Positions 8,073-14,970 of a stretch of 14,970 bases of DNA are shown here, in pieces. The stretch's first letter is position 1. The number at the start of each line of letters is the position of its first letter. The DNA is from Archangium sp. (GTDB lineage Bacteria; Myxococcota; Myxococcia; Myxococcales; Myxococcaceae), in NCBI GenBank assembly GCA_031367385.1, contig JANLPS010000074.1, forward strand, positions 1-14,970, in the 5' to 3' direction. A program made the translations under genes and the position numbers. Under the pieces are notes generated by a model. It had not been told where the DNA came from. It ran no database searches and saw only the letters and a program-made list of their open reading frames with translations.

Positions 8073-8669
8073 TTGCGATACCTCGCACTGATGACCCTGT
8101 TGCTCTGTGCCTGCGCCGCCGAAGATAAGGCACTTGCTCGCCCGTCTCCGGCTCGAGCTGATCAGCCGGCGGTCGCACAGGGGCTCTCACCCGAGCTCGC
8201 GGCCTACCGCTCGCAGGAGATCTTGAAAGACGTGCCGTGGGGCGCGACGCCTGATGAGGTCGTTGCGAAAAAGGGTGAGCCGCAAGAACGCTCGGGCCAC
8301 TCGATGACCTTCGTCGACAGCGTGGTGGGAGCACCAGTGCCGGTGGTTTTCGCGTTTCATGAAGGGCACCTCGCGCAGACCAAGACGTCGTTCAGCGGCA
8401 GGCCCCCGTCGTCGTTGATCGAGAAGGGCATGCAGATGCGGTACGGCGCCGACGCTGTGGCGGCCGAGAGCCTCGTCGCGTTCTCGGTCTTCGGGGCTGA
8501 GGGGGTGGCCCCGGCGTTCGCGGTCGATCACTCCGTCGGCTGGAAGACGAAGGAGTCGGCCATTGTGCTCATCGTAGCCACCGGTGGCGGTCAGGCGGAG
8601 GTCATCTCGAGCAGCCTCACGCTGGCACCGCTGCTGCTCGCGGCACGTACTGACGCGCAGAAGAAGTAG
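8073..8669 (+). CDS. Hypothetical lipoprotein
   Basis: TTG start at 8073 after AAAGAG gives MRYLALMTLLLCAC (lipobox-like). Body includes VPWGATPDEVVAKKGEP. The longer track start at 7830 overlaps the esterase. ATG 8091 is an alternative start. Confidence 0.65.
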   Translation: MRYLALMTLLLCACAAEDKALARPSPARADQPAVAQGLSPELAAYRSQEILKDVPWGATPDEVVAKKGEPQERSGHSMTFVDSVVGAPVPVVFAFHEGHLAQTKTSFSGRPPSSLIEKGMQMRYGADAVAAESLVAFSVFGAEGVAPAFAVDHSVGWKTKESAIVLIVATGGGQAEVISSSLTLAPLLLAARTDAQKK

Positions 8670-8736
8670 CCCACGCTCGGTTTCCATCGGCCAAGGAGGG
8701 TTCGCCGAGGGGCGGCGCCGCGAATAGGGTGCGGTC

Positions 8737-9300
8737 ATGCTCAATCTTCACGTCATTCTGTGCAGCACCCGGCCCACACGCGCCGGTGCCCCGATTGCCC
8801 GCTGGTTTTTCGAACAGGCCAAGAAGTACGGCACATTCAACGTCGAGCTCGTCGACCTGCTCGAGGTCAACCTGCCGGTCTTCGACGAACCCAATCACCC
8901 GCGGCTTCGCCAGTATCAGCATGAGCACACCAAGCGGTGGTCGGCCATCGTCGAGCGGGCCGACGCGTTCGCCTTCGTCACGCCCGAATACGACTACGGC
9001 ATGCCTCCGTCATTGCTCAACGCGCTCGTCTACTTGAGCCAAGAGTGGTCACGAAAAGCCGCGTGCATCGTGAGCTATGGAGGCGTTTCGGCAGGCACCC
9101 GGGCGGCGCAGTCGCTCAAGCAGACGCTCACCGCACTGAACGTGATGCCAGTCCCCCAGAGCGTCAACATCCCCTTCTTCAATACGATGATCAGCGACGG
9201 CAGCTTCAAACCTGGCGACCAGCAAGAGAAGGGTGTCAAAACCACGCTCGACGAGCTTACGGTCTGGGCGACTGCGCTCAAGCCGACCCGGGCGGTGTGA
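8737..9300 (+). CDS. NADPH-dependent FMN reductase (flavodoxin-fold FMN_red family)
   Basis: ILCSTRPTRAG phosphate loop, NLPVFDE, ADAFAFVTPEYDYGMP..L.NAL and VSYGGVSAGTRA. 187 aa. Confidence 0.93.
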   Translation: MLNLHVILCSTRPTRAGAPIARWFFEQAKKYGTFNVELVDLLEVNLPVFDEPNHPRLRQYQHEHTKRWSAIVERADAFAFVTPEYDYGMPPSLLNALVYLSQEWSRKAACIVSYGGVSAGTRAAQSLKQTLTALNVMPVPQSVNIPFFNTMISDGSFKPGDQQEKGVKTTLDELTVWATALKPTRAV

Positions 9301-10399
9301 GCTCTCTGTCGTTCGGCTTGCGAAAATCACGGCCGTAGACCCGCACCAGCGACACGAAGAGCGTCACCACCAACGGCCCCAGCAGCAGACCCACGGTACC
9401 GAAGGCGGCCAGGCCGCCGATGAGCGAGAAGAAGACGACGCCTCCGTTGAGCTGCACCGCGCCGCCTTTGATCAGCATCGGCTTCACCACGTTGTCGACC
9501 AGGCCGACGACGACCAGGCCCCAGATGGCGAGAAAGATCGCCCAGCCGGTGTGCCCGGTGAGCAGTAGCAACCCGGCCGCCGCGACGCAGGTCGAGCCGG
9601 CGCCGACCGCCGGTATGAAGGCGGTGAAGAAGGTGAGGGTCATGAAGAAGAACGGGTGCGGTACCTGCGCGATGAGATACCCCACGAGCGCGGCGACCGC
9701 TTGAACCGCGGCGGTGATGACCGTCGAGCGCACGACCGAGCCCGAGACGGTCTTGACCTCGGTCAGCAGCTCCATGGTCTGGCCTGGCAGCAGCGGCGAA
9801 GCACGCTCGACCCACCCGAGCAGCTCGGCGCCTTGCACCAGAAAGAAGAACAACGCGATCAACATCACCGTCGCTGAAAAGAGCAACGAGCCGCCGGCCG
9901 CCATGACCGCTCCCACCGCGGTGGCGGCTTTGCCCCCCTGCGAGCTCAGCTTGTCTTGAACGGTCTGGCTCAAATCACCCGCGTCTTGAGGCAATTGGGC
10001 GAGCGCCTCTTTCGCCGCGACCTTTGCTGGCTCGGGCAGCTTGTCGATGAGGTTCGAGACGTCATCACCTTTGATGGTCTCGACGACGAAGGCGATGCCC
10101 GAACGGCCTTCGCGAATCAAAAAGGCCGAGATGCCGACGACCGGGCCCAGCAGCGTCACCAGCACCGCGACGACGATCAGGCTCGCAGCGAGTGAGCGCC
10201 GGCCCCGCAGCGTAGTGGTGAGCCAGCGGTGCGGGCGCCAGAAGAGCGACGCCAAGACCACGGCCAGAAAGAGGCCAACCCACAGCGCACGCATGATCAG
10301 CACCAGCAAGACCGAAGCGATGATCAGCAGGCCGAGCATGAAGCGCCTCGCCGTCAGCCGGGCGGTAGGCGCTGTACCGACAGTCGTCGAGTCGCTCAT
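9278..10399 (-). CDS. AI-2E family (PerM/UPF0118) transporter
   Basis: Multiple TM helices, FIPAVGAG, GLVDNVVKPMLI and SLIGGLAAFGTVGLLLGPLV. Start is ATG 10399 or the upstream ATG 10447. The 3' end overlaps the FMN reductase by 23 nt. Confidence 0.92.
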   Translation of the reverse strand: MSDSTTVGTAPTARLTARRFMLGLLIIASVLLVLIMRALWVGLFLAVVLASLFWRPHRWLTTTLRGRRSLAASLIVVAVLVTLLGPVVGISAFLIREGRSGIAFVVETIKGDDVSNLIDKLPEPAKVAAKEALAQLPQDAGDLSQTVQDKLSSQGGKAATAVGAVMAAGGSLLFSATVMLIALFFFLVQGAELLGWVERASPLLPGQTMELLTEVKTVSGSVVRSTVITAAVQAVAALVGYLIAQVPHPFFFMTLTFFTAFIPAVGAGSTCVAAAGLLLLTGHTGWAIFLAIWGLVVVGLVDNVVKPMLIKGGAVQLNGGVVFFSLIGGLAAFGTVGLLLGPLVVTLFVSLVRVYGRDFRKPNDRELTPPGSA

Positions 10400-10605
10400 C
10401 GCAGAGCCGTTAGCAGGGGGTGGGCTCAATCGCACACGCTCATTCATTCGGTTCGATGAACGGCGCGCCGCGTCCTGGGCGTCGCGATGTAGGTGAAGCG
10501 AGATTCACCGGTCTGCCTGACGTCCGCCAATGAGGAACTTTGCGGCGTCGAGAAATCAGTATGGCAATCTCCCCCCGCCCCCGAAGTGCAGTTCATCAAG
10601 TGAGT

Positions 10606-10989
10606 ATGGCAACAGACGATCATTTCATTCCGTTCATGCGGCTCGGTCATTGTGTTTTTGTGAGCGTCCCAGCCGAGCTCACAGACTCCCACGCTCGCTT
10701 TCTTCAAGAGACGGTCAGCCAACGACTCTCAGTCGCCGACGGCGTTCGAGGCCTGGTGCTCGACGTCTCGGCACTGAGCCTCATCGACAGCTTCGCCGCC
10801 AAGATTCTCGGAGAGACCGCGAGCATCGCCCGTCAATTCGGCGTCAAAGGTGTGCTTGTCGGCGTGCGGCCGTCGGTGGCCATCACGCTGGTCGAGCTCG
10901 GCATCGACCTGCGCCACGTCGAGACCGCGCTCACGCTGGAGCTGGCGCTCGAGAAGCTGCAGCTGCGCATCGTGAGCACCGACGCATGA
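10606..10989 (+). CDS. rsbS: RsbS-like STAS antagonist (stressosome)
   Basis: IPFMRLG..., LVLDVSALSLIDSF (phosphoacceptor Ser motif) and VGVRPSVAITLVELGIDL..VETALTLE. 127 aa from ATG 10606; in-frame ATG 10561 is an alternative. Confidence 0.9.
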   Translation: MATDDHFIPFMRLGHCVFVSVPAELTDSHARFLQETVSQRLSVADGVRGLVLDVSALSLIDSFAAKILGETASIARQFGVKGVLVGVRPSVAITLVELGIDLRHVETALTLELALEKLQLRIVSTDA

Positions 10990-11630
10990 CCTCGATTCTC
11001 AGCGCGATTGAGCCCTTGATGAATGAGTGCCTCGGCCCCGCTTCGGCGGTGGGCGTCTTTCGAACGCTCCCCCAGCCCGTGCACCAGGAGGTGGGCAGCC
11101 TGACGGTGGTTGAAGTTCGAGAGCTGCTGTTGCACCTCGAGACCAGCGTTCGGCTATTCGCCAGGCCCGGCAAGGCGATGGCGCCCGGCAAGCTTCGCGA
11201 CGCCATCACCGGCGGGGCTCCGGCCAAGGCGCGTGAAGAGCGGTACCCAATCAGCTCTGATCGCGATGTGCTGGTGGTGCAGCGAGCCACCCAGATGCTG
11301 ACGCGAGGCTTCTTCGGCATCACCGATGGCGTTCGGCTGGCGACCGCCGTGTCAGAGCTCGCGCGCAACATCTACATGTACGCGGGTCGCGGCGAGGTGA
11401 CGCTTCGCTTGAGCGAAGAGCCCAACGCCTTCGTGTTCGGCATTTTCGCCGTTGATCAAGGCCCCGGCATCCCCCACCTCGAGACCATCATGAAGGGCGA
11501 CTATCGCTCTTCGACGGGGCTGGGCCGCGGCATCGTCGGCACGCAGGCGCTGCTCAATTCGATGCACGTCGATACCGCGCCGGGCAAAGGCACCCGAATC
11601 ACCGGTGAGCGGCGGGTTCGCAAATCGTGA
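10986..11630 (+). CDS. rsbT: RsbT-like Ser/Thr switch kinase (HATPase_c) with ~80-aa N-terminal extension
   Basis: ATGA overlap with the rsbS stop. Motifs LATAVSELARNIYMYAG, DQGPGI, STGLGRG and PGKGTRI. Confidence 0.88.
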   Translation: MTSILSAIEPLMNECLGPASAVGVFRTLPQPVHQEVGSLTVVEVRELLLHLETSVRLFARPGKAMAPGKLRDAITGGAPAKAREERYPISSDRDVLVVQRATQMLTRGFFGITDGVRLATAVSELARNIYMYAGRGEVTLRLSEEPNAFVFGIFAVDQGPGIPHLETIMKGDYRSSTGLGRGIVGTQALLNSMHVDTAPGKGTRITGERRVRKS

Positions 11631-12214
11631 GTGGGCTTAGCATCGCCACCCTGCACCGGCTGCGGCCTGCCGAAGGGCTCCATGCCTGCGGAGACGCGGT
11701 CGTCGACGCCAGCGCGCCGGGGTGGCGGCTGCTCGCGGTCATCGATGCGCTCGGTCACGGGCCCGACGCGGCACGAAGCGCGCAGTCGGCGCAGGTCGCG
11801 GCGCAGAACGCCGTTGGCCAGCCGCTGTCAGCGGTCTTTTCGGCGGTGCACCATTCACTGGCGCGGCTGCGAGGCGTGGTGATGTCGGCGATTTTAATCG
11901 AAGGCGAGGCGGCGGTCTTCGCGGGCGTCGGCAACGTCGAGCTCTTCGGGCCTCCAGGCGTGAACAGGCCGATCACCATGGCCGGCACGCTGGGTGGCGG
12001 GGCGTACCGGTTTCGCCCGTTTCCACTGCTGCTTCGACCCGGTCAGCGCTGGGCGCTCGCTTCAGCCGGCATCAAGACGCGTGAGGGGGCGGCGCTGTTT
12101 TTGAAGCTGGTCGCCGCGCCCGCGCAGGAGATGGTTGACGCGCTGATTGAACGGGCCAGCCGGCCGCACGACGACGTGGCGGTGCTGATCATCGACACCG
12201 GAGCCGCCGCGTGA
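11627..12214 (+). CDS. rsbX: RsbX-like PP2C/SpoIIE-family phosphatase (motif-8 Asp appears replaced by Ala)
   Basis: GTGA overlap. Motifs ACGD, VIDALGHG, FAGVGNV, G.LG, ALASAGI (normally ..SDG) and HDDVAVL. Confidence 0.82.
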   Translation: MSGLSIATLHRLRPAEGLHACGDAVVDASAPGWRLLAVIDALGHGPDAARSAQSAQVAAQNAVGQPLSAVFSAVHHSLARLRGVVMSAILIEGEAAVFAGVGNVELFGPPGVNRPITMAGTLGGGAYRFRPFPLLLRPGQRWALASAGIKTREGAALFLKLVAAPAQEMVDALIERASRPHDDVAVLIIDTGAAA

Positions 12215-13290
12215 AGACGCGCTTGTCGGCCACCGTTCAGCGAAGGCTCGACGTGTTGGCGGCGGCCTCCGAAGCGCGGGCGTCGGCGCTCTCGTTCGGC
12301 ATCGCCGCCAAACAGGCCGACGAGCTCGCCCTCGTGGTCGCCGAGCTGGGCATGAACGCGCTCAACCATGGGCAGGGTCAGGGCACCGTCGAGGTGAGCC
12401 TCGACTCGAGCGGGTGGGTGGTCGGGGTCGACGACTCGGGCCCCGGGCTCTCTGCCGCCGTGCTGGCCGACGCTGGCCGCAGCGATCATTTCGGAGCCAA
12501 CGGTGCCCGGCCGCTCGGCGATGGCGGCAGCTTCGGGTCGGGGCTCGCCTCGGTTCGACGCCTTTCGACCTCGCTCGAGCTGGCCAACAAAGCCAGTGGT
12601 GGGGCCCGTGCGGTGGCCTCTCGAACGCTCTCTTCACCCACGAACGACAGAATCGAACGCGTGGTCGACCTGATGGCCAAGGCCGCCTGCAAGGAGTACC
12701 AGCACCGGCTGCAGATCGCAGACGATGCCGCCGATGACCCGTTTTTGCAGGTCGAGGTCGGGCTCAACGTGGTGCTCGAAGATCTGCAAGAGGCCGAGGT
12801 GGCGCGGCAGAAGTACGTCAAAGAGATCGAGCGCAAGAACGAGGAGATCGCCGACCGGGCCGCGATGGCGCTGCGCGAGCTCTCGACGCCGATCATCGCC
12901 GTCTGGGACGGAGTGCTCACCCTGCCCATCATCGGCATGGTCGACACCGCCCGCGGCGCGGAGATGATGGATCAGCTGCTCACGCGCGTGGCGGCAGATC
13001 AGGCGCGGTATGTGATCATCGACATCACAGGCGTGTCGGTGGTCGACACCCGCACCGCCGACAGTTTCATTCGCATGTCAGAGGCCGTTCGACTGGTCGG
13101 CGCAGAGTGCTTCTTGACCGGCATCAGCCCCGCCATCGCGCAGACCATCGCGCAGCTCGGCATCGACACCTCGCGCATTCGAACGCTCCGCCGGCTCTCT
13201 GACGCCTTGAAGGTGGTCTTCGCCAACTTAGGCGTGCAGCAAAGCCGCGCAGAGTCACACCCGTTTTCTTCTGGAGGCGCTCACCGATGA
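12211..13290 (+). CDS. rsbR: Fusion of RsbT-like kinase domain, HAMP-like/coiled linker and RsbR-type STAS domain
   Basis: GTGA overlap with GGAG upstream. N-half: ELALVVAELGMNALNHG, DDSGPGL, SFGSGLASVRRL. C-half: ELSTPII.VWDGVL.LPIIG.VDT.R, IIDITGV.VVDT, LTGISPAIAQTI..LGID. The frame is continuous for 359 aa. Confidence 0.85.
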   Translation: MKTRLSATVQRRLDVLAAASEARASALSFGIAAKQADELALVVAELGMNALNHGQGQGTVEVSLDSSGWVVGVDDSGPGLSAAVLADAGRSDHFGANGARPLGDGGSFGSGLASVRRLSTSLELANKASGGARAVASRTLSSPTNDRIERVVDLMAKAACKEYQHRLQIADDAADDPFLQVEVGLNVVLEDLQEAEVARQKYVKEIERKNEEIADRAAMALRELSTPIIAVWDGVLTLPIIGMVDTARGAEMMDQLLTRVAADQARYVIIDITGVSVVDTRTADSFIRMSEAVRLVGAECFLTGISPAIAQTIAQLGIDTSRIRTLRRLSDALKVVFANLGVQQSRAESHPFSSGGAHR

Positions 13291-13661
13291 CGATGACCTA
13301 TGACTTGTTCAAGACCGCGAAGGGCCACACGGTGGTTCGCATCGTCAGCTCCGACGACGTGACGGCTGATCAGGCCAACAAGCTGAACGCCGACATGGCG
13401 GCGGGCGCGAAGTTCGCGAACCTGCCGATTCTCGCGTTGGTCGAGCCGGGGGCGAATTTCTCTCCCGAAGCGCGCAAGGCGTTCACCAGCCAGCAGGGCG
13501 GCGCAACCAACCCAGTCGCCATCGTCGTGAACAGCGCTCCGCTGCGGGTGATGCTGACCTTCATCATTCGAATCTCAGGAGCGGCTGCGGCGACCAGGTT
13601 TTTCTCGAGCGAGGCCGACGCGCAGGCGTGGCTCGATGAAAAGCTGCAAGCGCCGCGCTGA
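13287..13661 (+). CDS. SpoIIAA-like (STAS/SEC14-type) small protein
   Basis: GGAGG at 13273-13277 and an ATGA overlap. Motifs SPEARKAF, VAIVV.S..LR and RFFSSEADAQAWL. Confidence 0.8.
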   Translation: MTMTYDLFKTAKGHTVVRIVSSDDVTADQANKLNADMAAGAKFANLPILALVEPGANFSPEARKAFTSQQGGATNPVAIVVNSAPLRVMLTFIIRISGAAAATRFFSSEADAQAWLDEKLQAPR

Positions 13662-13678
13662 AGCGTCGCCGTGGTCGA

Positions 13679-14695
13679 TCACGGAACGTCGTAAATGACG
13701 TCGTCGTAGTCGACCTCGCACGCGGTCGACGGCGCGGTCACGTTGAGGCCCAGTTTGAAGTTCGGCCGAACGCCCATGCCTTGGTCGATGGAGAACGACT
13801 CCGGCGCGCCGCTGCCGACCGCAATGGTGCCGGTGGTGGGCGGGGCCGTCACCACGCGCTCCATGCCGAGGTGAATCACCACCCGTACCCAGGTGCCGAC
13901 GACGAGGGCGGTCGCGAGCGGTATCGAGACGCGGGCCTTGGAGGCCTGAATGAGCTCGATCGCCGTGCCCGAGGAGGAGACGATGAGGGCGAGCCCGTAC
14001 GATTGAAAGTTGATCGGGTTGAGGCCCTCGATGCGCGCGATCTCCATGCGACTCCCGCCACAGAGCGAGGCGACCCGCACTGAGAAAGCGAAGTCGGCAT
14101 CGACGTGGTTCGGGCTCGACGAAGAGCCCGTGCTCTTCTGAATCTGAATCAGGGTTGCGCCCACCGACGTCGCCGGCGCGCTCGAGGCGAACGCGTTGGG
14201 AGCGGAGACGTGCTGGTCGGTCACCAGCCCCCCCGGCGGCAGCCCTGCGCCGATCATGCCGTCGGCCGCGGTGAATGACCACTGGGTAGCGGTGAACGCA
14301 GGCAGGTCGAAGTCTTCGCAAAAGTCTTCAGCGCGACCCGTGCACCAGGTCACCACACTGCCGCCGTCGGGTTCGGTGCCCGCATCAGTGGGGTCGCCCG
14401 CGTCGGAGCGCACGCCCGAATCGCCAGACCCACCGGGCAGCGCGCCTGCGTCGTTTGGGGCCCCGCCGTCAGCGGGCGAACCAGCATCAGCGAGGCGACC
14501 CGCGTCTCGTGGCACCCCTGCGTCGAAGGGCGCGCCAGCGTCGAAGTGCGCGCCAGCGTCGAAGGGCGCTCCCGCGTCGAAGGGCGCTCCCGCGTCACGG
14601 CGAACGCCGGCGTCTTCGACAGGTTCGCCGTCGGAGGGCGCGCCGCTGCATGAAGCCAGCGTCAGCACCGCCACCACACGCAGGGTCGCTCGCAT
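13679..14695 (-). CDS. Lipoprotein with DAG low-complexity stalk and probable beta-sandwich (ConA/lectin-like) C-terminal domain
   Basis: MRATLRVVAVLTLASC lipobox, many D(A/G)G hexapeptides, and a domain bounded by FCEDFD and EVDYDDV with GTWVRVVIHL. Confidence 0.78.
   Translation of the reverse strand: MRATLRVVAVLTLASCSGAPSDGEPVEDAGVRRDAGAPFDAGAPFDAGAHFDAGAPFDAGVPRDAGRLADAGSPADGGAPNDAGALPGGSGDSGVRSDAGDPTDAGTEPDGGSVVTWCTGRAEDFCEDFDLPAFTATQWSFTAADGMIGAGLPPGGLVTDQHVSAPNAFASSAPATSVGATLIQIQKSTGSSSSPNHVDADFAFSVRVASLCGGSRMEIARIEGLNPINFQSYGLALIVSSSGTAIELIQASKARVSIPLATALVVGTWVRVVIHLGMERVVTAPPTTGTIAVGSGAPESFSIDQGMGVRPNFKLGLNVTAPSTACEVDYDDVIYDVP
14520..14596 (-). repeat. 18-bp tandem repeat, 4 copies plus 5 bp (DAGA[P/H]F hexapeptide)
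   Basis: On the + strand: GCGTCGAAGGGCGCGCCA / GCGTCGAAGTGCGCGCCA / GCGTCGAAGGGCGCTCCC / GCGTCGAAGGGCGCTCCC / GCGTC. Confidence 0.9.
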
Positions 14696-14786
14696 AGGGG
14701 CGAACCTATGCCGAAATGTCGTTTGCTAGAATGAATTGCTCTTGTTTCGAAAGCTCCACGGTCGGGGTCCAGCGAGCGGGCATTGC

Positions 14787-14807
14787 GGCGCCTCCAGGTG
14801 AGGCGCC
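14787..14807. other. Perfect 8-bp inverted repeat
   Basis: GGCGCCTC-CAGGT-GAGGCGCC. No correctly placed U-tract on either strand. Confidence 0.55.
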
Positions 14808-14876
14808 AAGAGATCAAAAACCATCAGCTCAAGCGATCGATTTTACTGACGACTGAAACTGATCGGCGTCCTAGCG

Positions 14877-14970
14877 AAGAAGCTACCGAAGACATTGCGA
14901 CTGGCCATCGACTCGTCGCCGCTCGAGGGCGCCGGTCGCGTCGAAGATACGCTCAACCTGCTGGGCCACG
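14877..14970 (+). mobile_element. 5'-truncated DDE transposase fragment, IS1182-like (runs off the window)
   Basis: Translates KKLPKTLRLAIDSSPLEGAGRVEDTLNLLGH, which I recognise as the first catalytic-Asp region of IS1182-type transposases. An in-frame TGA at 14847-14849 leaves no N-terminal domain. Confidence 0.75.

Noticed and set aside
9278..9300. 23-nt convergent overlap of the FMN reductase and AI-2E genes
   Set aside because: Short tail-to-tail overlaps are common in GC-rich genomes, and no further signal is visible.
10530..10985. 366-aa version of RsbT from the ORF track
   Set aside because: The extra N-terminal part is an Arg-rich off-frame read through rsbS. The ATGA-coupled start at 10986 is more plausible.
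14787..14820. Hairpin as an intrinsic terminator
   Set aside because: The A-run lies 3' of the stem on the + strand, so neither strand has a U-tract following the stem.

Overview
GC-rich window that looks myxobacterial (Myxococcota). This is inferred from the MYXO-CTERM-like tag, myxobacterial Cys-rich repeats and DAG-repeat lipoprotein. (1) A 5'-truncated giant ORF of more than 2250 aa (3..6764) has a DUF11-like tail, a B-repeat domain, 16 tandem 69-aa 8-Cys repeats and Asp-rich Ca-binding repeats. These are followed by an INTERNAL MYXO-CTERM-like anchor, a second signal peptide and a TraB-like beta-barrel/TSP3/OmpA module, so it may be a two-product polyprotein. (2) Next come a REP-like hairpin, an orphan Asp-box gene fragment, an LpqC-like esterase, a lipoprotein, an NADPH-dependent FMN reductase and an AI-2E transporter. 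(3) A translationally coupled, rearranged stressosome-like operon follows: rsbS, an N-extended rsbT, an rsbX-like PP2C lacking a metal-binding Asp, an RsbT-kinase::HAMP-like::RsbR-STAS fusion, and a SpoIIAA-like gene. (4) The window ends with a DAG-repeat lipoprotein and a 5'-truncated IS1182-like transposase remnant missed by the ORF track. All family calls come from motif recognition by eye; no searches were run.
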